63,412 nucleotides of DNA, filler included, from Rhabdomonas costata (GCA_019059605.1; 47 parts of 47 records of this genome joined end to end with filler, not necessarily neighbours in it); one strand, 5' to 3'. Counted from the first letter of the whole stretch, positions 47,889 to 60,812 are shown. Made by a program: numbers and translations. Notes: generated by a model from the sequence alone, not told the origin.

Positions 47889-50372
47889 CTCTAACTTTAC
47901 CTTCCTCCGTGTGCGTGAGTGTTCTTTGGTTTATGGTTTGTATGCATGCACTTGGATGGTGTTATTGCTGTTTGCCTTCGGTCCTCTTGCTGTGTTTTGC
48001 TTGCTCAAGTGTAGTGCGGGGTATAGGAACCCACCACAGAGTGAAGGGAAGAGTTGTGCTGGGTTTTTGTACAGCCGGCCGTGCCATCATTAATTGCGCG
48101 TTCCCTCCTTCCTCTCCCATTGTGTTGGAAATTGTGAAATTGTGCTGGGCGACGTTGGTTCAACTGATGTGGACTTGCGCGTATCTTTTTGCTGACTTTT
48201 TCTGCGGCTTCGAGCCTCGAGCCGAGCGGCGCAAAACAACGTAGTCATCCAATTGCTGACTTTCCGAGAAAGGGTAGCTTCCCTCTGTAGCTGAACTGAC
48301 ACGACGACAAATGACACTAAGGCCACCAAAGCGGATGCATTTGGAGCTAGCTCGAGCATGGAATTGCGGTTGAGGTGGTTTTCATCACTTTCTGCGAGCC
48401 TGGGGGGGGGGTAACAGTTACCAGAGGTATCCTTGAACGGGAGCAATCGTCCAAGGCGCCGTTGTTTTGAGACCTTCTCGAAGAAAAATCCTGCTACCCC
48501 TTGGCACACAATGACGATCACGTACCACACAATGTGCACGCGTGCGTGACCCAAACANNNNNNNNNNNNNNNNNNNNNNNNNNNNNNNNNNNNNNNNNNN
48601 NTTAATTAATTAANNNNNNNNNNNNNNNNNNNNNNNNNNNNNNNNNNNNNNNNNNNNTTTGTTTGGTACAAAAAAATTTGGTTTTGGGTGAAAATATCAC
48701 ACGGCAGCAGCACAGTTCGCACCACTACCCAACAACACCAACTGTCCCTAAGTCAAAGAAGAACACCACTCGACTCGTGCATTGCCAAAGCGAAGCAAAC
48801 CCTGGACTGGTCAACGGTAACGGCGGTAATGTAGAGGAAGAGACAACGGTGAGGGGGTCTCGGGGTGTCACCGGGGAACATTGGGTGAGCGTGCCTTCTG
48901 AGGCGCTGGACGCCTCATCGGCCCTCTGAAGACCCGGGCTGGGAGGCATCGCGCGTTACGTTCTCGTTGGCAAAAAAAGCACAGACATAAAACAGACAAA
49001 AAAAAGGATGCCACTGAAGGGAGCCCCAAAAGGGATATCTTTTTATTGAAATACGCCTTCATCCTCGGAAATGTTTTTCAGAGTGCCTGACGAGTCCGCC
49101 TTCACACCCGCGCAAGAGACGCCCCGTCGCGGAGGCCACCCCTCCGCCCCCGCAGAAGCGCAGAGCCCAAGCCGCACCGATTGGCCCGAAGCGGAGCCAT
49201 CCCTCAGCTGCTGGGCAAACGAGAGCGCCCCACCGGGGATCCTGACGCCGAGGCCCCCAGGGCCCAGAAGCGCCCCAAGCCGGCCGTAGGTATCTCGAGG
49301 ATTCATCCTATCAAATTCTGGTGTAATAGTTTGCGCAACGCTCAAACAATTCCTCGCATAAGCATTACCTTGCAACATACAGACTTACCAATAGATGGAC
49401 TAGACTAGAAGCCTAGGATTGATCACCACATGAATCCAGGCCTACATCCACAATCCCAATCCAAATTTCCATTTGCCTGTGGTCTGGAAACCACTGTAGA
49501 CCACAGTCAACAATTAGTGGTGGTTTACAACACCAGTGCGTAACTGGAAATGGCAGAAAGCATGGTGCATAGTGGAAACACATCGACATGGAGACAAAAG
49601 AAGGCGATAGATGTGGAATATAAGAATGCAGGAAGAATTCCAGAAGTCTCGGATTGAAGACTCCGTGCAGTTAGTGGAAGATGACATACAACCCAATCAT
49701 AATACAACCATTGATTAACACAAAAATCGTTTACACTCTGCCGCTTTTGGTTTTGATTCAGTTATCAGTGCAAAAATGTCCAAAATAGGTGCCATTAAGC
49801 GCTCATTTGACGCTTCTTGGTAAAAAGTTTCTTTATTTCAGTTGGCCCCCCAGTTGGTACCACACAAACCTTCCAGTCCACTGTGGCAGATTCTGCGTAC
49901 AAACAAACNNNNNNNNNNNNNNNNNNNNNNNNNNNNNNNNNNNNNNNNNNNNTTAATTAATTAANNNNNNNNNNNNNNNNNNNNNNNNNNNNNNNNNNNN
50001 NNNNNNNNGGGGACAGAGAGGGGTGAACGAAGAAAACCCGAAAGTAGTAACCGGAATGATGGATGACAAGAAAATGTGACTGGGTGCTCCCATGGAGACC
50101 CCACAAGGAATGTCCGCCTTGGTTGGTTGGGACTCTCGCGCACGCACACATTTCTAGCTGGGGCAATCCAGCTTCTGCAGCATTGCTTGTGCTCACTCGT
50201 GCGTTTCACTGATTCAGAATCATTCACCGATTCCCCTTTCTTGACTGAACTCTTTCTGTCTTTGCCGAACTTTCGGTCCATCAGCGCGTGCCTCACACGT
50301 GAGCAGGCCGTGGGGGCAGCAGGTTTGGCAGCCGGTTGATCGTTTCCCCTCTGGTCCGTGGAAAGAGAAACA

Positions 50373-50998
50373 ATGCCGATCCCTCCGATGGAGCCGCCGC
50401 GGTACAGCCAGTTGCAGATGTACCGGCGGATGCAGCGGTTAGCCAGGTCGGGGACGTGCCGCCTTCCCGAATGGTACGCGGGGGGTGGTCATTTCCTCAT
50501 CCGCAGTGGTAAGCGTGCGACAGCATACAAAAAATTGACGTCATGTCTCCCTATTCATTACGCTCGTAGACATTCTCTTTCTTTTGCCGACTCCTCTCTT
50601 ATTTTCTTTCTAGTTGTATACTACCGTTGTTGTTTGTTCAAGAGCTTTGAATTTTCCCATTGCCTTCCCCTAGACACTGCGAAACAAACGTTCCCGAAGG
50701 AACTCTTCTCAGCGCGATCCCTTGCGCTTGTCATCCTTCCGATTCATTGTATTGTTGCTTTTTTTATTCTTGCCCATGATGACTGCTTTTCGACCAATGA
50801 TCCCTGGCCTTCTTGACGCAGGAACTCATGTGCAAATCTCACGAAAAACGAATTCTTTCACGGGCGGCGTCTTTTCTCAGGTACTACGCCATGCGCGTGG
50901 CGCCTCCACCGACAAAAGCCTACAATGATCCCACCAGGGCGGTGCGTGCTGACCGCAGCGCCGAGGCACACCGGAAAGTTTCCGCTTTCTTGAAACAG
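50373..50998 (+). CDS. Probable mitochondrial ribosomal protein mS23 (MRPS23/Rsm25-like), first two exons
   Basis: Exons 50373-50473 and 50881-50998 join in phase 2: MYRRMQRLARSGTCRLPEWYYAMRVAPPP, resembling the mS23 N-terminal pattern (L-x2-G...P-x-WY...PP). Confidence 0.55.
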
Positions 50999-51805
50999 GT
51001 TGTTTTTGTGGGGCGGGGGGCGAAATTGGGGGGAATGGGCTTCTCCGCTCAGCGATTCCGTCCTTGTGGGGCTTTTTCCGTGTGTTGCGGAAAAATTGAG
51101 AACAGTTATCAGTAGTGATGGATTGCCTTTGGTCTGCCAACCAAACAGGATTGTATTTGAGCAAATGAGAAAGACCCCACTCACAGGCAAACGCTGGCTT
51201 GCGCACAGAGAGCAGGTGAGCACAACACTGGCTCCCCAACTGCGGAGCGCCCCAAAACCNNNNNNNNNNNNNNNNNNNNNNNNNNNNNNNNNNNNNNNNN
51301 NNNTTAATTAATTAANNNNNNNNNNNNNNNNNNNNNNNNNNNNNNNNNNNNNNNNNNNNGGGGTGGGGGGTTTACATTCTCCGTAAGAATTCTTTGTAAT
51401 AATTTATTGGGTACTTCACTCGATATCCCGTCCCTGTCGTGGTTTTCTAGCGCGCATTTTTGCCTGATAATATCAGTTGCTACGGCTGGAATTATATTGA
51501 TCGTAAGGAGTGGTCCCGTGGAGGCTTGCTAACTTTTGTAACTGTTAAACCATAGGTCGACCATTCTTGGTGGGGCAGCCACGTACCGAAAGCGTTTGGA
51601 GACCCCTCCCGTGCTCTCGGAGAAAGAGAAATATTAAGGAGTGAGGCATATGAGCTAAAGACCGTAAAAAGGCTCGTACTATACGCACGCCCTGGTATGG
51701 TACGAGCCTTTTCCATTGCGGGGATGCAGATCTTGGCTCTCCGATATGGGGACCGGCTTTTTCCATTTGGTGTGCCGGGTGGGTAAGGGGGATGCCGACA
51801 CGCAG

Positions 51806-52428
51806 ACCAATGGCTCTCTGCGGGAGGCGAAGAAGCTGGAGGAGTATGGCCCTTACATCTGCCAGCTGCAGGCCGGCCTGACCGCGCTGCCTTCGGTGGT
51901 GCTGCCGATGGGGGGCTGTGTGTACCGCGGCATCCCCATCCCCGTGGACCCGGTGTGTCAACCCTAACCCCCCCACTCCCCACTTCCCGGTGTTCATGTT
52001 TTTTTGTGCATAACACTGGCATAAAGTGACGCAAGCTCCGTGTCGGAGGAGCAATGATGATGCGCCGCTTGCTCGTGGTGGGTTGTTCAACACTCGACAG
52101 TCGCCATGGAACTATTCACTGGCATCCGTTGGGTCCGTCGCATTGCGTGTTTCTCTCTTCGAGAACCTACCCTGACCGAGAAAGAGAAGGTGTTCCCACA
52201 GTTCGTGCCTATCAATTGTCTGGTTTCCAGATGCTGTACCAGAAAGAGCACTACGTGGTGTGGCCGGCGTTCTCCTCGACAACCAGTGACCACGTCGTTG
52301 CGCAACAGTTCTTCAAGTCCGCCGACGGCGCTACCACGCGATCCACGCTGTTCCTGATTCAGCCCCTGCCTGGGGGCCTCAGCCGCGGACATGACATCTG
52401 CGCTCTCTCTGCTATAGCCAAAGAAAAG
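51806..52428 (+). CDS. Second mono-ADP-ribosyltransferase (R-S-E type), two exons
   Basis: Exons 51806-51952 (NGSLRE...PYICQLQAGLTALP...CVYRGI) and 52231-52428 (YVVWPAFSSTT...STLFLI...GHDICALSAIAKEK), phase-0 GT-AG. The catalytic Glu is expected at the start of the next exon. Confidence 0.85.
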
Positions 52429-52801
52429 GTACAAACTGCACGTGCTCCCTCATTCTCATCCGCTGCATTACACTTTGACGCAAAATATACGCCATTCACG
52501 GGGTCATTTGCACCGGTGCACCGGTTTTCCATCGGTGTGCGTCTTCTGCCATAGTAGGCATGGGTCAGAAATCCTTGAAATTGTTCTTGGTGCAGCTGCT
52601 GCGGCAAAACNNNNNNNNNNNNNNNNNNNNNNNNNNNNNNNNNNNNNNNNNNNNTTAATTAATTAANNNNNNNNNNNNNNNNNNNNNNNNNNNNNNNNNN
52701 NNNNNNNNNNTCTCCACTGCGATCGGTGCAGCGGTTAGTATAACTCTTATTTCCCTCGTTATCCTCACGCGATTCCCCGCTTCGCCCACCCACACCCACA
52801 G

Positions 52802-53518
52802 GTTCGGCTGAACGTCAGTGGGACCCGGATTGAGCTTCCGGCACGGTGTGCGACCAGCAGCCAGTTCCTGCGGGCTTTGCTCAGTGGGCAGTTTGCACCG
52901 CCAGACCCGGATGGCTGCTACTTCATCGAGAGGGACCCCCAGTGGTACGCCCTGTCTGTTTGTGTTTTTTCCGAATTAATGTAATGCAGTGTGGTGCAAT
53001 ACAATGTATCGGCTCCTTTGAGCATAAGAGAGTGTGTAGTGCATGTTTTCCCGGGTCTGTGCTTCTCTGTTTCAAAGCTCGTTATGATAAACCCAGCCTG
53101 CCATGTGAGAACGCAAGGCTGTGTTGGAAAACTGTCACGTATCTAACAACTCTGCCCCCCCCCCGCTCGTATGCACTGAGTCTTCGTGCTTAAATTAGTG
53201 CACCGTGGTTAAGGTTAGGGTATAGCGAGATGGTGGTGATTCTATTTTCTCCATTTGTTTCTGTTGGAGCTTGCTCTGCGGGTAAGGCAAGACACCGCAG
53301 TGGAAAAAGGAAATGAAACGCGACTGTAGCTGTGCTTCAATTCAATGCGTGGTGGGGGCCCGGGGAAGGATTTTTCCGTGATTGTTTGGATTTTGTATGC
53401 GGTAAACTTTTGTGATGGGCTTATACCGTATCACTTGCCCACTGCATCCTCCTCCCCGCGTGCATAGGACGATGTTGGTGGTGAAATACCTGATGCAAGA
53501 TGGCCACATTGATCTGAG
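52802..53518 (+). CDS. KCTD/T1-type BTB-POZ domain protein, two exons
   Basis: Exons 52802-52944 (VRLNVSGTRI...LLSGQF...DGCYFIERDPQ) and 53468-53518 (WTMLVVKYLMQDGHIDL) join in phase 2. Not in the ORF track. Confidence 0.85.
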
Positions 53519-54065
53519 GTCACCGCTGCTCTCTTTTTCCCCAGCGCCGTTAGCGCGCATCTTCAATTGATGGTCCTCTCCTTGGCAGCGCGGAGAATCT
53601 CCACACACACACACACACACAGGAGGGAGGACAAGGGCAGAAACAGAACGAAGCCCAGCAACCGCCGAACCATGCTTTGAACCATGCAGTATCCCGGTGT
53701 ACACCTGGAGTGGATGGTATGGCGGAGACGGGAAGGGAGGTACCAGAAGGGAGGTTACCAGATGTGGAACGTTCGGCGGTGAGCCGGTTCCGGTTTCCCA
53801 CGGCACCGCTCGCTCCAACGGTACCTCTCGCGAGCACCCGTGTCCAACAGCGCGTGCGCCCGTCAGTCCACAGTGGTCACCAACGACCAAGCAACCAGTC
53901 CACCAGGCAACAGCCAGCGCGCAATGCGCCCAACACACACACACACACACAAACACCCACANNNNNNNNNNNNNNNNNNNNNNNNNNNNNNNNNNNNNNN
54001 NNNNNTTAATTAATTAANNNNNNNNNNNNNNNNNNNNNNNNNNNNNNNNNNNNNNNNNNNNGTTT

Positions 54066-55120
54066 TGGGGGGTCATGCTTCGATGGGGTGCTGGGCAACG
54101 GGTCGTGCAGCTGCTTCAACCCGGCGCTGATCGGCTACTGGGTACGCCGCTGTATGCGCTCAGTTCCGCAACATCGCATATGCAAGGGACTTTGCCCTGT
54201 GTGGTTCTATGCGATGAAGGAAGTCTGCCCTGTTGGTGTACTCATAGGACTCGTCGAGCGGGTGCTCGAACTGCCTGTCGCGGTACTACGGCTCATCGTG
54301 CAGCTCGGTGTGCGCCTCCGCCACGGTCTGTCCGACATGCAGCGATGGGGTCAACGGCACCGGTGTCTGCCAGTGCAAGTATGGCAGAGGGGAAGACACC
54401 GTTTGCTCTTCGCGTCGCATTGTGAATCCTTCATCCGCACATGCTTGCTGTAGGACAACCTACCTATTTGCATCAGCTTTTTCTCTGCTGCCGAATCGAT
54501 CCTTTATATGGAGGCCTGTTCTTTTTGCTAGGTTGGAAATACTTGGAGTTGGTTTGGGGCGCACATACAGTCTCTTGAAAAAGGCGGTGGGGGTGCCACA
54601 GGTGCCATTTCGTGATGCGATGCACGGTTCCCCTTTATTGCGGGGGGATTGTTGGCCCTGTACAAATTTGTTTCAGATTTGTCCAGCATGTCTTGGTCCG
54701 CTGGGGCCCAGGGTCCCAGGTTATTATCGCTGGGTCGAGGTGGGCATCAATGACTCTCCACCCCACTTCACGGTACCACTTGGGATTTTCCGTCGATTGT
54801 GACACCCTGGGCGTCTGTCTTTCTCTCTCAGGAGTGGTTTGGTGGGCTCGAGCTGCCAGCAAGTGTGCCCTTGGGCCACCGTGAATGGCACCAACGCGAC
54901 CTGTGGTGGCCACGGCGTTTGCGTGGCCACCTCGGGCAGTGGCACGGTGGCACAGTGCGTGTGCTCCACGAACTTCACCGGGCAGAGCTGCGACAGCTGC
55001 TCCTCCCTGCAGTACGGGCCGAGCTGTGACCGTGACCTGCCTGGGATTGTCAGCATCTCCGGGGGTGGGAGGGAGCCCTGCAATGGCAACTACCTGAGCT
55101 ACTCCGGCGGAATCTCCGGG
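54066..55120 (+). CDS. EGF/laminin-EGF repeat surface protein, several exons
   Basis: CFDGVLGNGSCSC, CSDGVNGTGVCQC, CGGHGVC...CVCSTNFTGQSCDSCSSLQYGPSC. Confidence 0.85.
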
Positions 55121-55646
55121 TCTCTGCCACCCTTCCCTCTCCATTCTCCCTAAGTATATGTATCAGTTGACAGTTATATGTACCTAAACCTGTACAGCGT
55201 CACACGGTGGCAAAGTCGTACTCTGCGCGACTGAAGGTGTTGCATTGTGCTTTCATTTCTGTGACATGTGCAACGCACACCTCGTACATACGTACATACT
55301 TACCACACACCCNNNNNNNNNNNNNNNNNNNNNNNNNNNNNNNNNNNNNNNNNNNNTTAATTAATTAANNNNNNNNNNNNNNNNNNNNNNNNNNNNNNNN
55401 NNNNNNNNNNNNTGTGGTTGGTCCTAGGCACAAGTGCTCGGGTTTGGGGAGCGCAAAGAACAGCAGCTCATTCAATTCACACAAAGGCAGTGGACTGAAG
55501 ATGTCCTCAATATTAACAACATCCTCCTTCATCTGTGGTGAATGTCCAGACACCAACCGCAAGAAGCGTACCCAGGAAGTGGTCGCAGGACCTCAGCTGT
55601 TGTTGCCCGAGGGTATAAGTCGCAAAAGGCACACACGCCCAGCCAC

Positions 55647-56505
55647 CTGTCAATCCGGATAACTCGGTCATCCAGGCGGGTTTGGTTCAGGTACTTAATC
55701 GCGTCGTCCGCTTCGTCCCGGCGCTCGAACTCCACAAAGCAGAACCCACACGGCGTTTTCGTTAGCCTACGCAGGGGCCGCAAGGAGAGAGTGAGAGAGT
55801 GAGACGGGGGGGGGTCAGAGCACCCTGCGCATCATGTTGTCCTTGGAAAAGCACCGACTTAGAGCAGTCGCGAAGGAGCGCGAAACTTCAGGCTTTGTCA
55901 GAAAGACACTTCCTAGGCATTTTTTCCCAACTGAAAGGGAAGGGAAACCTCACCTCACAGCGAAGCCAAATAGACTCGCAAGGGGAGGTTGGGCTGATCT
56001 CTCTAGCTGAAAAATCGGATTTAAGAGTACGAGCTAACCTCATTAGTGGTGCCTTGTCCAGCAGAGCGACACAACACTGGGTCCAGCTTGAAACCGAGGG
56101 GAGCGCCATCACCGCCCAACCCCCGCAAAAAATGTTGTGCCTGGAATTCTGAACACGTCATGTCACCTAATGCCTCCCCAGCAATGCCATCCATGCGACG
56201 GTGGTCAAACCCTTTCCAGCGCCGACCGTGAGTTGCCACCACCCATCACCCAAGGGGGAGGGAACGTTCCTGTCGAGGCCCATGATGATCATCTTCACCC
56301 ACCCACACTTCGAGAACAGCTCGTGGATCTGGGTCTCCGTGGTGAAAAACGAGAGGTTGCCGACGTACAGCGTGGTGCTCTTCTCCAGGGCCTCCAGGTA
56401 CTCCGCCCTGCGCGCCTTCCTCTCCTCTTCGGAGAGCCGGAAGAACTCCCTCCGGTCGGCGATGTAAGTGCTCTTCAATGAAAAATCCTTGTACAGCCCC
56501 GCCAT
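55647..56505 (-). CDS. NCBP2: Nuclear cap-binding protein subunit 2 (CBP20), first two exons
   Basis: Exon 56505-56270 ([26 protein letters not shown]...IIMGLD) and exon 55766-55647 ([14 protein letters not shown]...[18 protein letters not shown]). Confidence 0.96.
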
Positions 56506-58167
56506 TTTTGTATGAGGTGGGATGGGGGTGGGGGGCGGCTGACCCTCCTCACACCGCCACCGCGACCTCAGCGAGTCCTTCTGCTTTACCTTTCCAAAGA
56601 TTGGCCCCTTCAATAGTAAACAGTCACTCAGAGCAGAAAAACAAACAAAAATCTGCTTGGCTNNNNNNNNNNNNNNNNNNNNNNNNNNNNNNNNNNNNNN
56701 NNNNNNTTAATTAATTAANNNNNNNNNNNNNNNNNNNNNNNNNNNNNNNNNNNNNNNNNNNNTGGTGTGTTGACCTTCTCTTCTCTGGACGTGTTTGGAA
56801 TCAATGTGGGACGCTGTAGATGTGTGGAGTCTTTTGATTTTTCCCCCACAGACAGTTCTTCGGGAGCAGGTTCAACCTTGAATTCTTGCATTGTGTGGTG
56901 TGTGCATGTGTGTGTCTGACGCCCTGATATTGGCGTGTATTGGTTTCCTGGTCTCGCTTGTCGCCAAATTGCACAGCGATTTTTTGTAATCCTTAGGCGC
57001 TTGTGGGGGGTTTAATACTTCCCCTCGGTTCCTTCCCAGGAGTCCAGATGTTCGGGTCGATTTCACGGCCACATCCATACTCCGGTTTCCTTCTTTTTAC
57101 TTTCTCTTTGACTCCCGAACCAAAATATCCTCCCTTCTTGTTCCTCATCATCTCTGAAACCTCTGAATGGGTCCGTAACCAACGGTGAAGTCCGTCGGGG
57201 TCAGCCCTGGGGGAAAGTAAGGCTGGTAGGGATCGTAGCACGGGGTCTCGGGCAGTGCCGCGGCGCCAGTGAGCCAGAGGTCCGTTGGGACGGACCGCAG
57301 GCGGTCCTGCTCCACATCGAATTCCGGCAGGAAGTGCGACTTGCTGTCATCCTTAGAGCAAAACCCCCACTCCCATACTCCAAACCATTTGCCTGCGCCC
57401 CCAAGCAGAAGCGGACTCCAAGAAATGCTTTAGCTGAAGATCCCTCGCTGAGAATCATTACTGAGTTCATTACTGAGTTACTGAGTTTTCGGTTTGGTGC
57501 CCTGACGGCTTGATGTTGTTTGCTTGTTCTTGGGTTTGGTGAAAGCCGTCCAAGAAAAATGAAACATGTCTCTCAATAAGGTGAGAGACCGCGCAGCTCC
57601 GGATTTGACTTCCCCCCCTTCCACTCTCACCCCGGAGCACCCACCGTCCTGGGCTGTGTTGGCTGCAGATACATCACAGTCCACTTCCCAGGTCCCGCGG
57701 CAAAGGCGAAGGCGTCGTAGGCGGACATCATGAACCCTGCAAGGTTTACCCCACTTCAACAATGGATGGGACATCAGAGGTCTGCCCTTGGCGGAGTTTG
57801 TTCAGGTATCCTTCCAGCAAGCCCAATCTGTTGAGTGGAGGACGATTCGAAGGGACTAGACCCATCACAAGAAAACTAATCGCGTCCCCTCCTTTTCTGG
57901 TGGTGGTGGTGGTGGTGGTGGTGCTCGATGGATGGTGATGGAAGAAATGCCGACAGACATGACTTACCCACAATCCAACGATGACTGTCGACCGCTCACA
58001 CGGGCAAATATTNNNNNNNNNNNNNNNNNNNNNNNNNNNNNNNNNNNNNNNNNNNNTTAATTAATTAANNNNNNNNNNNNNNNNNNNNNNNNNNNNNNNN
58101 NNNNNNNNNNNNCACGTTAATCGCTTGCAAAGACCACTGCTGTTGGCTCCGCCGTGTTCCTTCGCAG

Positions 58168-59014
58168 GTGCCTGTGCCCGTGGAGCTGACCCGACAAGTG
58201 GAGGTTCCGGTGCCTGTTGAAACGATCCGCGAGGTGGAGCAGGCTGTCCCAATGGAATACACCGTGGAGCAGGTTTCCGCTGTCTCTGCGTGTACAAACC
58301 CTTTCATTCATGTACCACAGCGACCAATTACAGTCTCTTGTTCGAGTTTCTCCTTTTTATTCTTGAGGGCCGTTTCGTGTCTTTGCATTTGCCTTTGCTT
58401 GCTGCGTCTGCCTGCCATTACCACGTAGGAACTCGTAAGAACCTGACCGGGCTCATTTCGCTTCGGCGGAGGGTGAAAGCAACCGCCCCGCCGCGTTCCG
58501 GGATGCGTTTTGCACCATAACAAAACCTATGTCCGCTTCTGCTTTTCCCTGCATCTGCTTATAGTTGTGCAAAATTAAGTGGAGGAGGACTGTTTTTCAC
58601 ACTGGAGCCTGTTTTTGGTTTTTAGAGCCATACTGACCGTTGCTCATTGGTTGCTTTGTGTAGGACTGACGGATTTTTGTGTGGATTACAGACTGTGCAA
58701 GTGCAGCGCCCAGTTCTTGTGCCGGAGACGGTTTCTGTGCCTTTCCCCGTGGAGCAGCTTGTGGAGAAGACGGTGCCTGTTCCCGTGGAGAGAGTCATTC
58801 AGAGACAGGTCTGGCCCTCGAATGCTGTGGGAGATTCGCGATTCTGTGGCGGGCTGGTTATCGTCCTGTTGCAATGCACTTCCCCCATGGGTGAGTGCAC
58901 AGTGTGGTTGTGTGGGTGGATACTTCTGGAAAATAGGTGCCTCAGGCAGTGGAGCAGATCATCGAGAAAATCGTGAAGGTGCCGCGTCAAGTGGTCCAGA
59001 CGGTCACAGTGCAG
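58168..59014 (+). CDS. Articulin/epiplasmin-like VPV-repeat membrane-skeleton protein, three exons
   Basis: Exons 58168-58272, 58692-58808 and 58937-59014: VPVPVELTRQVEVPVPVE, VEKTVPVPVERVIQRQ, VPQAVEQIIEKIVKVP. Confidence 0.85.
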
Positions 59015-60812
59015 GTGCGGTTTATGAGATTGTGGGGTTGGTTTGATGGTTGTTCCTCAGACCAGTGCGTTTCTTCTCCCTACGGACAGGTATTCTGTTT
59101 TGGAATTTTAGGCTCTTCTTATGGTTGCATTTTTGGCATCTCACTTGCTTTGGAACTTTGGAACTTCGCAGAACGAGCCGCCGGTCGGGAGGGGGTGCGA
59201 TAAGTATAGTAATGCCCTTTTTTCATTCGCGCATGCACAAACTTATACAGTGTCACTTCCAGTACAGTTCCTGGAATTTCCCATTGAATTTAGTTTACAT
59301 GTGGTCATTCCGCTTTTTCTTCGGGGGCAACACCGCGGACCCCACATGCAGTACACAAACACNNNNNNNNNNNNNNNNNNNNNNNNNNNNNNNNNNNNNN
59401 NNNNNNTTAATTAATTAANNNNNNNNNNNNNNNNNNNNNNNNNNNNNNNNNNNNNNNNNNNNGGTGCAGAACACCGGCAGTTGGCACATGTCTTTTTTTT
59501 TGTTAAGCAAGCATAGAAACTAGGGAATTGCAACCTAGAAATAGCTAATGGTACAGGTTAGAGGAATGCGGAGATTGCTCGGTGTTCGTAAAGCGAAATA
59601 AAGAAATGATGAAGGTCAGGCATTACAAACGGCAAGGGTGAATATGTGAGAAAACGAGGAAGGGAAGACAGTTTTAGAACATCATAACTGGGAAGACGCT
59701 TTTGGTCAGAACCCTGAGCCAGGTAAAGATAAATCGGGGGGCTGGTAATCGGTACTAGGGAAGACAGAGTGGAGGGAGTTCAAGTGGAGCAGAGCAAGAC
59801 TAGAAAAAAGAGAGGTCCAGAAAGCGCAGAGAAGCCAGCAGTGCTTTCAGTCCAGCATGGAATACGTGAGCGCAATCAGCTGCGAAGTGAAAGGTTAAAG
59901 AATGTAACCTCCTCCAGCACCATAAAAAAATGCGAAAAGAAGTTACAAGTGCGGGTGATCTAGGCAGGTCTTTGTTGCGGAGGGTTGATCGTACGTGCCA
60001 GAGAGTGGGCTCCAAATTTGTGTGTGGGGCCAAACGTGGGTAGTCAGAGACACGGAGTCGAGTGTCGTGCGGGAGTGAGTGAGTGAGTAAGAGTGAGTGT
60101 GTATGCGTGCGACTGCTGTCTATGTGACCGAACAGACCTTCTGCTCTGTAGGCGACTGCTTCTGCGAGGGATGGATGCGGATCGGCCCTCGTCAGTAAGT
60201 CCAGTGCCGGTGTTTTCACCCGGGCGTGCAGCCTGCTTCTTGGGCTGGAGCTTCGGCTGGGTCTATCCCTAGTGGCTGCCGGCTCATCACAGAGGAGCGG
60301 GTCCGCTTGGATCCAGAACTGGGGTTCATAGCAAGGAAAAAGCTGAAACAAGTCAGAAAAAGCCTGGAATCGCGATCCAAACAAATCTGTCGCAAGAGCT
60401 AATACCAACGTACAAGTATGCGCATAACTTATTACACATTCAATGAGGTTCGAAAACTGCGGTGCGGCATTTAAGGTACAACTGCACCAGCGCCAGATTC
60501 GTCAAAATTTTGCTTCGTTCATCCTCCAGTTGAAGTCTTTGGAAAACCGCAGGCAAAACTCAAACAGCAACACAAACAACACAAACAACACAAAAAAGCG
60601 AGAAAGATGCAATGATATGAATTTATTATGATTAACATTGATGGAAAATATGAGGCCAACGCTTAGGGGAACCCACCCTGAAAGGAAGGAAACCGAAAGG
60701 AAACGAGCTGAANNNNNNNNNNNNNNNNNNNNNNNNNNNNNNNNNNNNNNNNNNNNTTAATTAATTAANNNNNNNNNNNNNNNNNNNNNNNNNNNNNNNN
60801 NNNNNNNNNNNN

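Noticed and set aside
50939..51148. Non-canonical intron giving PTR|IVFEQ in the mS23-like gene
   Set aside because: The exon continues naturally in frame to a canonical CAG|GT at 50998.
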